From the NCBI RefSeq assembly GCF_021869535.1, contig NW_026262581.1, positions 12,586,001 to 12,650,000 of the forward strand: DNA of 64,000 nucleotides. Reading direction: 5' to 3'. The notes under the pieces were generated by a model. That model saw only the letters and a list, made by a program, of their open reading frames with translations. It searched no databases and had not been told where the DNA came from. The stretch is from Mytilus californianus (lineage: Eukaryota). A program made the position numbers and the translations under genes. Positions 13,601 to 24,553 of this stretch are shown piece after piece. Numbering within the stretch: the stretch's first letter is position 1; each line of letters opens with the position of its first letter.

Positions 13601-14779
13601 AACTAAGGCCAAATATAGTTCAGATTATTATGTGTAGGGTTAACAAATTCTAATATTTTGTTGTGCTTTGAGTTAATCTTATTAATCAAGATTGTATTCT
13701 CATTTAACCCTGTCAGGTTTTTTTTTATCAGATTTGATTATCTGTTTCTCATATAATTGGTTATGTATTGATAATCGAAGGTCTTTCAATTAATCAAATG
13801 GTGAAGACATTCTAAAATGTTATTGTAAGATATCACATTTAATGTTTTTTTCTCTATTTTAACTATTGTGAAGCGTTTGATAACAGATGAGAATTGAAAT
13901 ACTAGACGACACGAAACTTAAAGTTGTGATTTGATACGATCTTTTTCTTAAGAACCATTGAAAACAATTAATGAAAGTAAGAAAATTAAATGAAATATGC
14001 TAACCCAGAAAGGAAACTGCCTGTCACTTGCAATCATTTTGATTGTTCCATTGTTGTTGTTTTTCTCTCTTTTCTGTAATTGTCGTTTTTGGGTCTTGTT
14101 TTGGGGTTTGACTATCATTCAAATAAAGGACTATACTGATGTACGGAAAGGTGTAAACTACAAAAAATATAAAAATCCTAAGTTGTGCATGAAGCTCACT
14201 TAAAACCTCTATTAAATCCGGAATATTTCTTTTGACTGATGATATTATTCCGTAGTTAAGAGTGGAAAAAAATACGTGCACTCGATGCCTTTTGAACTAA
14301 GACTTTTTAATGGATGATGAATCAAATAAGATAAAAGTAACTGTCTAATAACAAATCTGCCAGCCCGGACTATGAATAGACAACTAAAAGCTTAATCATG
14401 CTCCACAATTGTGCCATAGTTTCTACCTGCGTGAGCCTCTTCCGGCAACTTATTTTCTTCTTTGGAACATTTTCCGGACCATAGAGAAAGTGCTATTGAT
14501 TTAACGAACTCCGGCAATCTCCTATTAATTATATCTTAATCAAGTTAGAAGTAAATAATTGTTGCAAAGTTGTCCGTGAAAGTCAATAGAGACAGTTTTT
14601 CACAAAATGGTGTCTACAAATACGATAAAATTAAATTGATGATACTTCATATACACTTGATTTAATATGAGAGTATTTAATCAGTTTGTGCAAACATTTA
14701 ATTTGGTGATACAAAAGTAAATTTAATCAGTTCTAAAACTAAAACTTATGCTTTAAAAGGCAATTTAAAATATCAAGAT

Positions 14780-14805
14780 ATGGAGTTAACACATAGTCGA
14801 TTACG
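14780..14805 (+). CDS. Probable first coding exon of the uncharacterised gene (MELTHSRL-R)
   Basis: ATG GAG TTA ACA CAT AGT CGA TTA CG|GTAAGC; the phase-2 donor joins in frame to the acceptor at 15643 (CG+A). Confidence 0.5.
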
Positions 14806-15350
14806 GTAAGCTTTATCTTCTCAGTAAAAATAATAAAAACATATAAAACAACTGAAGAATATCATTTTCTGGAATTTTTAATGTCTCTCTATCTTGCTTA
14901 CAAGCATATATATATATGCATATATACATTTTGTATTCCCAAAAGTCTCAATTTTCTGCGGATTTCTTATGCTTGTGACAATCGTCTATTCCATAAAGTC
15001 TCAACTTCTTACGGATTTTTTCATGCTTGGAACAATTGCTGATTCGTATATATAATGCTCAACTTTCAGCCCCATATATTTATTTCTGAATAAATATAGA
15101 TTATTGATGTTATTTGCTTTACGACAGTTACAAATATTTCATTGAATTCAGGACGATGAATAGTTATAAATTAGCTTTGCGGTACATTTTGAATATCTAT
15201 TCTGATATAAATTTTATTCTTAGTCGGCACGGAACAGACCTCGATTTTTTACCATTTTAGAAACCATATAAAAAAATAATAATATGTTTAGATAACGCAA
15301 CCAGAATATGACTTCGTAATTGATTTAGCCTTTCAATGTTTTTATTCGAG

Positions 15351-15392
15351 CGTCGCTGATGAGTCTTTTGTAGAGGAGGCGAATGTCTGGCC
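15351..15392 (+). ncRNA. Degenerate hammerhead ribozyme motif (GAAA changed to GAGG)
   Basis: CGTCG-CTGATGA-GTCTTTTGTAGAG-GAGG-CGAAT-GTC-TGGCC. Confidence 0.6.
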
Positions 15393-15643
15393 TTCAATGT
15401 CATAAGCCTGGTGTCTTTGATGAGTTTTTGTTTCATGAAGGTTATTTCAGTGTCTAGCGTTTCTCTCTTTCAATCTATAGAAAGTTTTCTAATGACGATT
15501 TCACTACTTGGCTTTCTATAAGTAGTAATGGTTTCACTGTGATCAACTTAAAGAGAACAAACATTTTATTTTGCCATTTTGAAACTGGAAAGTAATTAAA
15601 GCTTTCGGTGAACTTTTAAAACGAGTCTATATATCTCTTTCAG

Positions 15644-17012
15644 ACAAATGACCTACAATGCAGCTGAAGATAAAGGAAGTATGAATAATGGTTCAACGCC
15701 AAGAAATAAAGAGCGTCCCAACCTCGAAGAAAAATACTGGAGTACGGATATCGTCAAACAAGTGGAGACGTGGATGAAGAACCAAAGATTTTCAGAACAA
15801 TATGCTCCAAGTTCTCAAAGGTCACAATATACACCACCAATTCAATCTGAACGAAGTCGAAAACGAAGACGAAAGCGACCGAGTCAAAAGGACGGTGAAT
15901 CCGGAGGTGAATATACAGAAAGCATAAACTACACTGATTCTGAAATAGTAAGCACTGTGGAAAGTAAAGCAATACAAAGAAAACTTTTTGAAAAGGAAGA
16001 CAAAAAGCTCATGAAAAACAACGGAGTTAAAGTTTATCCTTCAAAAGTCGATAATGGGTATGTAAACCGTGACAATATGTACAATAAAAGTTTTGAAAGA
16101 CCAAATAAAAACTCAAGATTTGGTAGCATTCATGATGAAATTGAATTTCAAAAACGCTATAAACGAATATCCGATCTTCAAAACCATTTACAGTTTGTGA
16201 ATGGAAGTTATTTATCAGGAAAGAATATATTAGTAGAACAAAAGAAACTTGCTCCCGTTACAGATTTTAGTAGAAGATTTAAACAACTTAACCCATCAGA
16301 AATGTTTGCAATATCACCCCTTGAACATTTAAACATCAAAACAAAATCAAAGCCGAAACATTATCTTCAAGCAACACAAGTGACACATAACAGTAGATAT
16401 AAATCAAAGAAAAAGACATTTCCATGGCAGAAATTTCAAAAACTTCCGGATATTTCGCCTGACCATAAGCCGCCTAAGAAAGCATTAAGTGAAAGCGATG
16501 TAAAATTGGGAGATGAAATTGACCGAGATACGGCAAGGTCTGGTTATATTAGTAGCTTACTGAGTCAGGATGATACCAGAGACGAACGTGTTAAATCTGT
16601 TGTCACAGATAGTTCCTATGGACCTTATCAGGAAATGAAAGTCACTATTCATATTCGATACAAAAACCAAAAATCCTCTCCGGAAGTCAAAAGCGAGGAT
16701 GAATATGTCAGTGAAACTAGTTCTGTCCAATCTTCTGAAGACAATACGTCTCGAGCATATGATGGACGATTGAATTCAAATAACCAAGAAAAAACAACTA
16801 GTCGAGAAAACAAAATTACATCTCTACTATCACAGAATGATCAGAATTTGGTGCATAGTACAAATTTTCGTGGTTTGTCAAGAACTAGCAATATGTCGAA
16901 ATCAAGTAAAGAAAACTATAAAAACTATGAAGGTGGGACTCTTTCCTCATTAGTTATATCCGATCCCGTTTCTAAAATGCCGAGACATAATGCTGGCAAA
17001 ATAAGGGAATGA
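15644..17012 (+). CDS. Uncharacterised low-complexity (S/K/N/E-rich) protein, main exon; no recognisable domain
   Basis: 454-codon ORF (15648..17012) in AT-rich DNA is far beyond chance length; preceded directly by the acceptor TCTCTTTCAG|A CAA ATG; basic cluster RSRKRRRKRP. Confidence 0.85.
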
Positions 17013-17479
17013 TATGCAATCACATTGTTATACATAAAAAATGTTACATGTTGATGTGTTTTTGTTTTTTAAATTATTCATAGAAAACATAAATTTCTTA
17101 ATCTTTTTTAAACGTTAATCTGTACCAAGGATTTGTGCAGTATACACATCCTTGTCGTCTGTGCATATACATATTTAGTTTTATAATAACTTGAACTAAG
17201 CAGTAGTACCTTTTAATTATGATTTTTTTGAATTTTCATGTCCTTTTTTGACATATTAGAAACCTGCAGCCAGCCTGTCTAATAATTAATAAAAAAAAAA
17301 ATTGTAAACAATATGGATAAGATTTTCAGACTTACTTGGTACAACTACTAAGATGTGGCAGGTTTGGTTAGTTCAACCTCGCCACTCTACACAATACAAT
17401 AACATACAGTATATGAAGCTTTCAACAAAATGACCAATAACTTGAACAAAGATACAAGAGGCAACACAAGGTTTAGAAT

Positions 17480-17750
17480 AAACTCATCATAGATATCAGG
17501 ATGGAAATTTTGTACGCCAGACGCGCGTGTCTTCTAAAAAGACTCATCAGTGACGCTCAAATCAAAAAAGTTAAAAAGGCCAAACAAAGTACGAAGTCGA
17601 TGAACATTGAGGACCTAAAATTCCTAAAAGTTTTGCCAAATATAGCTAAGGTAATCTAGGGTAGAAATCATTAGTATTTCGAAAAATTCAAAGTTTTGTA
17701 AACAGTAAATTTATAACTATGACCATATTAATGATAATTCATGTCAACAG
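17480..17750 (-). mobile_element. Hammerhead-bearing dispersed repeat (retrozyme / Penelope pseudo-LTR-like)
   Basis: Same family as 18690-18925 (+), which has lost CTGATGA but keeps GTAGACGAAACGCGTGTC, and 15320-15428 (+); all share the ...AAGCCTGGT(A/G)TCTTTGA tail or its reverse complement. Confidence 0.7.
17515..17555 (-). ncRNA. Degenerate hammerhead ribozyme motif (GAAA changed to GACA)
   Basis: Reverse complement: CGTCA-CTGATGA-GTCTTTTTAGAA-GACA-CGCGC-GTC-TGGCG. Confidence 0.65.
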
Positions 17751-18689
17751 AAGAAAGGGTTAAATTTGCTTTCATCTATTATGAAGTTATACAGTTTATT
17801 GAACCAACAACTATGGCTACCAAAGCTGATAGCTATCACAGATGCTAGTTCAATACTCTGCAAAACGGAGAGAGAAATAAGAGAAAACTTCGTCAAATTT
17901 CTCTGGACATAAAATACAAAATAAGTTGAAGGAAGCTGAGAAAAGGGCAACATCATTATTCAAATGAAGAATTGACAGACTTAGATGAAAGCAAGATAAA
18001 ATCACCAGATGTCATTATAAAAGGTAGTGATATCGCATGCTTTCAAGGGCATGCTGGAATCAACCATTGTTATGTCCAGCGTTATGGAATAAGGTCACAG
18101 TTATGATTAATGTTATGTAAATATATTTTGTTTACTCTTAGAACAGTATTCAAGCTTGTGATGATTTAAAAAGGCATTATTTCACTATAATGGTCTGAAA
18201 GCTCTCATCCAGTTTTCCACCAGTTTTAGTGTATTTAATATTTATTATTCACAACGACCAATGTAAAGCGTAAAAGCTCTAAACGTATGTGTAATTTTGT
18301 TGGCACTTAATACTGTAGTCGCTTAAAAAAGAGGCATAAAGACCTAAAGTACACTGTATGTTTAGTTTATTGTCTGACATATAAGAATTCAACGTATATA
18401 AGTCGCTGCATGTTACACTGCTTTTGGGGAAGGTCAATTGTCTTGTCACAGATCTTGAATTTTGGAAATTCTTTTCATCCAGTCATGATAAGAAGCAGGT
18501 CTTTTCAACATGTGTTTATGTAGACGAAATGCTCGTATAGCGTACACAATTATAAGCCTGATATCTTTGATAAACTTTAAAAACTACTTGGTCGATACCA
18601 TTACTGGTGGACGTTTTGTCGCCGAGGGTATCACCATCCCAGTAGTCAGCACATTTGTGTTGGCACGAAACATAATTGATATGTTCGTT

Positions 18690-18925
18690 TTCTATAAATT
18701 TACTGTATATACAATGTTGAATTATTCGAAACACTAAGGTCTTTATTACCCAAGTTATAGATTGCCTTGGCGGTATTTGACACAACTTTTCGGAATTATC
18801 GATATTTAAAGCCTTACAACTTCGTATACGATTTGGCCTATTAACTGTCTTAATTCGAGGGTCGTATGTAGACGAAACGCGTGTCTGGGGTACAAATTTA
18901 TAAGCCTGGTATCTTTGAGGAGTTT
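18690..18925 (+). mobile_element. Hammerhead-bearing dispersed repeat, ribozyme core partly deleted
   Basis: Aligns in reverse to 17480-17750; an additional partial copy lies at about 18520-18575. Confidence 0.65.
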
Positions 18926-19276
18926 TTTGTGTATATGATATCCTTCATTGTCTAGTTTTTATATAGATCAATGACAATGCCTAAGAGCTTGTCTTCAATA
19001 CTTGCTGTAGTTATAAACAAGTTTCTTTTCATATAATACTTTAATAGCCACAATGGATGCAATCATCATCAGGTTTTTTAAGATTGTAAATGTAACAGAA
19101 GGCTTTTTGCTTCGTGAGCTTGTACATGTCATTGTTATTTCTTTCTTGTACAGATTAGTAAAATCAATAAAATAAAATGCATTCATCGATACTTTATTAC
19201 AAACAAAATCTGTTATCATACACATTTTCAACTAAGGATACGTTCTTGAAATTCTTTTAAAATGTTTTCAAAGAAG

Positions 19277-19612
19277 CTGATTGATGATGTTTATTGTCTA
19301 GTGGCAAAATGTGTATATGGAGGATGATTGTGTGTTGATTTAGTATGAAAATAGCCTGCTCTGTACTTTGACTCGCTGAGTCGGATATTTACCGTGGTAG
19401 CTCAAAGCAAATAAACATTTCAAGGAAGACATCATCCTACCAAGACACATAATTCTAACTCTCAGTCAACCAGTCTTTACTCTAATTTCAAAACGCAATG
19501 TATTAGGCAGAGAAGCAGCAAATATCACTTTGAAAGTCATTGGTTTGACCAGTCAAACACACGTCCTGCTTATTTGAGTCACGCGCGCAACCACTAGATC
19601 AGCGATGCGAAT
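19277..19612 (-). mobile_element. Degenerate tRNA-derived SINE (MetaSINE-like core)
   Basis: A-box-like TGATCTAGTGGTT head, then GGTCAAACCAATGACTTT...TGCTGCTTCTCTGC core and an ATCAATCAG tail; B-box eroded. Confidence 0.55.
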
Positions 19613-20523
19613 TATCCCTAGACAGGAAAAAGACTGTTTGAGTAAAACGACAACACCATCTTCTGAAAAAAAGTTTTTGTCAAATACCATCCTTAAAGAA
19701 ACTTTTATAAATTGATTTTAAATCATTAATCACTTTGTTTTAAAGAATGTTTCACGGTAAATTTTAATCTGGCTGTCGACCTTGTGAATTTTTAATGCAA
19801 CAGTGTAGTCTATGCATAATTATTTTTGAATAATACTCATGTGGAGTTCTACGCTTTGCTTCTTTTAATTTATTGACCGAATCAGAAAAATCAGCATTGT
19901 GTAACACTCACAAAAACTGTGTTGAGAATAAAGTAATGTAGCGTGTCCATTTTATAGCGTTTTCTGATGACTATAATATGATTGTTATTTGGTAGCGTAT
20001 CTATGTAAAATCCATATAGAATACAAACAACTAACACAATATTTAGTTCTAATGTTATAACTATTTTATAACTTCCAACTAGTATAACATTGTTTACATA
20101 TTAATATACGTTCACGCACATTCGTAAATAAAAGAACATGTTCTTACTACATCTAGTTTTAACACCAACTCTAATGTATCTCTTTACTACCAAAAAACTA
20201 TATCTCTCACACCCTCTGGTAAACTCTCCTCTTGACGATGCCGCGTCGGTTCCAATTAATAAAATGTCTCTTAGAAGACTATACGGGCAGTGTCTATACA
20301 CCACACACACACATATTTTAACAAACACTAAAAGCGATTATTCCAAAACTCTTATAGAATTGCTAAAATCGCCCCGTCTAGCACTTGAAATTCCAATTCC
20401 AAAATGTTACTAATTGAATACGGTGATTATTGATTTGTTCTTTAATTTTACAGGCTTTACTTCATTCTTCTTTCCAATTCGATTGCCATTTCCATCTTAA
20501 CACTTGATTTTGTAAGTGTGTAG

Positions 20524-22800
20524 CTATTGATGATTGAATTGCCTGTAATACGCAACTAAACCTAAAGATGATGCAAGTTCCTTTACATTTTGCGGAGGTG
20601 CCATCTTCGCAACTGCTTCAACTTTCTTTGAATCAGTTCGTATACCTTCTCTTGAAACTCTATGTCCACCATGACGAAGTTTTAATTGATTGATCGATTG
20701 ATTAGTGTTTGACGCCACCTTCAGCACTTTTGTGCTTTTTCGTGGGGTCAGTTTGTATTGGTGGAAGAAGCCGGAGTGTCCGGAGAAAACCACCGAACTT
20801 CGGCATGAAAACTGACAATCCTAGTCAATTAAGATTGGAGTTTTAAGTCTGTCCATAATTTTACAAAGGTTTAAAAGATGTTCATCAAATGATTTCCAAT
20901 ACACAATAATATCATCAAGATAAGAAGCCCGCTAACTGTTGATTCAATTATTTGTTTGGAGCGTTGATGCCGTATTACATAGTCCGAATTGTATTGATGT
21001 ATACTGATAAAGTCCACCGTTTGAGGTTGAAAACGCAGTCTTTTCTTTTTAAGAAGGTTTCATTTATATTTGATGATAAGCCATATCCAAGTCCAGTGAT
21101 GAATACTACTGAGATACACACAAAGAATCCAAGTTATCTTCAATCCTCTGTATCGAATACGCATCTGTTATGGTCTTTTCATTTAATTTCCGGTAATCCA
21201 TACATAGTTGCCATGATGAGTGGTTTTCCTGTACCAAGACAATTGGAGCGGACCATTGACAACAGGATTTTTCTATGATACTTTTCTTCTTTAAATTGTC
21301 TATTTCATTTTTCAAAATTTGTCTCTTGAACAATGGTACACTTATCGGTGGTTCTTTGATTTCTGTTACATCATGTAGTTTTATAAAATGCGTCTCCAAC
21401 AATGTTTCTCCAGGTTTTTCATTAGGTTATGCAAATACCTCTTGGTCATGCATTAACACGTTTCAAAATTGATCTGCCATTTGTTTGGGTTGATAACTTC
21501 TTTCAATCTAGAAGCATCCTCTTCATATATTGAGGTTACTGTGCCTTGTATCTCTTCTCGTCAATATGACATAGATCAACATTACCAATCTCTACCTCAA
21601 CATTGTCACAGATATTCATAATTGGAACAAACATGTACACAATGACATCTGTATTAGTTGCATTAATAATAATCTGGCATAAATTATTCCCTTAGATGTA
21701 TTCACAAGAACTCTTGCTAGTACTAGTCTATTATTGTCCATAAACTTCTTTCAGAAAACAGGACACCATAAGTATTCAACAATGTATCTCCTACCTTTCT
21801 TGTCAGTCTCGATTTTACTGCTACTTCATGTTTAGCAGGTACCATTATTTTTTCTTAAGTCTAAATCAATCACTCTGCTTGATCGAGTGTTTACATTGTT
21901 TTCCTGAAATGATATATTCTTGCCATTATTTCAAAAGAAGAAGTATAACGACAACACTTTATAATGTTTCTCCTTACAAATTTGATTTCACCTTTCCAAG
22001 ATGTAAAGGAAAAAGTCATAACTGTAGTTCCTAACACATTTAAACTACTTCCGTTTGCGGTTTCGATTTTTTGTTTCCATTGAGTGTAGCAAACGTCTTC
22101 TATCGGGCAGAATGTTAATTTGGCTTTCTTCTGTATAAAAGAACATTTACACATCAATTTTTCAATGAATGTTTGTGTTTTGGCTTCTTTCTTTGTGCTT
22201 GGCAAAAATTGTGCGCTCTGTATTTGCTTTCGTTGTCGACATCATAAACAATGTATACAAACCAAATTACTAGCATTTTTTTCATGCATGCGTACGCGTT
22301 TTTCCTGGAAAGCACTTGTCGCTGCTTAATGGAGTGTCTTTGGCTTGTTACATCTTATTCCACCCTAAAATCTTAAGTTTCTCTACAAGAGTCAAGAAAT
22401 GTTCGAATGCTGTTTTCCTGCACAACTTGTGGGTTAGAAGGATATGAACATGTCTATACAAATCTTCTATTGTTTGCCCCAAATACTTGAACGATTCTCC
22501 TGGTGTTCTTTTTCTCAGCCTTACTTCAACATCTATCATGTTAGAATTTCTAAATCGTAGTTCCATACTGTTAATTTAACGATCTCAATTTGTTTGTGCA
22601 TCATTTTACAGACCATTCATAAATGTCTCTGCTCGACTTCTTAGCATTTTGATGAACACCAGTCATTTCCTGTCAACATTCCAACCATTTAGTTTCGCAA
22701 TGTTTTTAAACATATTGGCACAACTGGCATACTCAGATCCTGCATAAGCAGGACTTGTGTTTAAATAATCACAGTCATATCTTTTGATGAATGGTTTTCG
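20524..22800 (-). mobile_element. Degenerate Ty3/Gypsy LTR retrotransposon (gag, protease and RT remnants)
   Basis: gag-like FKNIAKLNGW...ELRF...RKRTPGESFKYLGQTIEDL; protease-like IETANGSSLNVLG; RT WSAPIVLVQ...LCMDYRKLNEKTITDAY, YLDDIIVYWKSFDEHL (about 20860-20930), GHRVSREGIRTDSKKVEAV...LGLVAYYRQF. Many stops and frameshifts. Confidence 0.9.
20682..20840 (-). mobile_element. 3' half of a SINE inserted into the Gypsy RT
   Basis: GGTTTTCTCCGGACACTCCGGCTTCTTCCACCAATA...GTGGCGTCAAACAC followed by an (ATCA)n tail; interrupts RT between MDRLK and KLRHGGHRV. Confidence 0.7.
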
Positions 22801-22906
22801 AATTTACAATTAGACAGCGTAACCTTATTTGAATATTGTGAAACAATTTGTCTAGAAAGAATCTTTTATATTACTTTACTTAATTCTTTAATTTTTGAAG
22901 GTTATT

Positions 22907-23580
22907 GCGATAAAGGATACAAAAGAAACAGTTAAGTCTGCCACATATTTTGACTTGCATCTAGAAATTGACAATGAGGGTCGGTTCAAAAACAAAACTT
23001 TACGATAAAAGAGATGAATTGTGAACTCTTCATTTCTATGTAGCAACATTCCAGCGGCGCCTGCATACGGAGTATATATCTCCCAGTTGATACGATATTC
23101 CAGGGCTTGTATTTCCTATCCTGATTTCCTTGATCGAGGGTTCTGCTCACAAGGAACTATTAAATCAAGATATCCATGTGGTGAAGTTGATCCCTTCGTA
23201 AATCTTACGGACACCATCACGAGTTGGTTGACCGTTATGGAATATCTGTTTCACAGATGACGACGAATATGTTCCAATTGTCCTAACTACAATCCCGCTC
23301 CCTTTCCCCGAATGTGACCTACCGAATTAGACTTATCACCGGGTTTGTACTTACATGAGCAACACGACGGGTGGCACATGTGGAGCAGGATCTGCTTACC
23401 CTTCCGGACAACCTGAGATCCCCCCAGTTTTTGGTAGGGTTCGTGTTGCTCGGTCTTTAGTTTTATATGTTGTGTTTTGTATACTGTTGGTCTTTTTCTT
23501 TTTAAGCCATGGCGTTGACAGTTTATTTTCGACTTATGGTTTTGAATGTCCCTTTGGTATCTTTCGCCTCTCTTTTATGG
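22907..23580 (+). mobile_element. 5'-truncated Penelope-like retroelement (RT C-terminus + 3' tail; probably Naiad type)
   Basis: IKDTKETVKSATYFDLHLEIDNEGR / FLCSNIPAAPAYGVYISQLIRYSRACISYPDFLDRG with frameshifts; the frame ends after the RT thumb with no GIY-YIG following; then the abundant 3' tail ending CTTTCGCCTCTCTTTTA. Confidence 0.75.
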
Positions 23581-24110
23581 AATAAATGTCATGCGAAGAT
23601 ATCTGTTTTTGTCTAGGTGATTCAAATTTTGAAAAGTAAGTGAAAGATCAATTTTGATGCTAGCTCGATGTTAAATTTTGTTGATTATTTTTACTGTAAT
23701 TTTACAGTAAATCGAATCTCAACAGCAGGTATAATGTTCTCGAACTGCCTTGGACCAAACTTTTCAAATTAAGTTTGTTCTCACATGACAGCTGCACAGA
23801 GTTCGTGTCCGATAAACGGAAACAATTATTAGAAGGATCCGTCTAGTAGATAGTCCCTTTCCCTTCATCAGAAATTATTACAAGGAAGGGTCCGTCAGTT
23901 AGGGTTCCTCCTACGTTAAACAAAGGTTATACTAAGAATACACCCGGCCTTTGCGTTCAAAACCCTTGCTTGTGTTTACATCAAATTCTTGAAATTCTAA
24001 ATAAATTAAAAAGAAATTGTGAGAAAAACATATCTAGAAAAAAAAATATGTTCACTAATATTTTGACACCTCAAAATTCAAGAGACTATCCTAAATTGAG
24101 GTAAATTGTA

Positions 24111-24324
24111 TGGATAAAAACCGCAATTTTTATACGTGTGCATGCAAAACAAATTTCTTGTTAGAGGGGTCTAAATACAGCACAAACAACATTTTCCAAA
24201 AGACCAAAATAGTGAAAAAGTATATTTTAACATAACGCATTTGACTAACAGGTCGAACAACAAATGTTCTTAAACAAGAAATTTGTTTTGCATGCACACG
24301 TATAAAAATTGCGGTTTTTATCCA
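24111..24324. mobile_element. 214-bp MITE with perfect 52-bp terminal inverted repeats
   Basis: 24111-24162 is the exact reverse complement of 24273-24324. Confidence 0.85.
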
Positions 24325-24509
24325 ACGCAATCATAGGTTTGAACGTTGTTTTCAATTTGGACTTGTTTATATTTTTTCGTTTGGGCTTGTATTATATTTG
24401 CCTTCGGGTTTATATGATACGTTCATCCTATTTTGACTCCTCAAAATTCAATAGTCTATCCTAAATTGAGTTAAATTGTATGGCTTTCCAAATACCGTTT
24501 CGATTCCTA

Positions 24510-24553
24510 ACATCACTGAAGAGACATTAATTGCCGAAATCCGGATATGGTGT
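24510..24553 (+). ncRNA. Minimal type I hammerhead ribozyme motif with intact catalytic core
   Basis: Stem I ACATCA/TGGTGT; core CTGAAGA (24516-24522); stem II GAC..GCC; GAAA (24536-24539); stem III AT-ccgg-AT; cleavage triplet ATA, predicted cut after 24547. Confidence 0.75.

Noticed and set aside
17781-18110. Long A-rich frame broken by TAG and TGA (…RKLRQISLDIKYKIS*RKLRKGQHHYSNEELTDLDESKIKSPDV…)
   Set aside because: May be a decayed exon, but no homology is recognisable; the TAG rules out a selenocysteine explanation.
23245-23330. ATGAC...AA...GA pattern as a possible SECIS in the Penelope tail
   Set aside because: Helix II and the GA/GA quartet cannot be paired with correct spacing by eye; needs SECISearch.
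23690-23930. Minus-strand frame VIISDEGKGTIY*TDPSNNCF reminiscent of an NHL/TRIM propeller repeat
   Set aside because: Internal stop, single weak repeat, no splice signals in frame.
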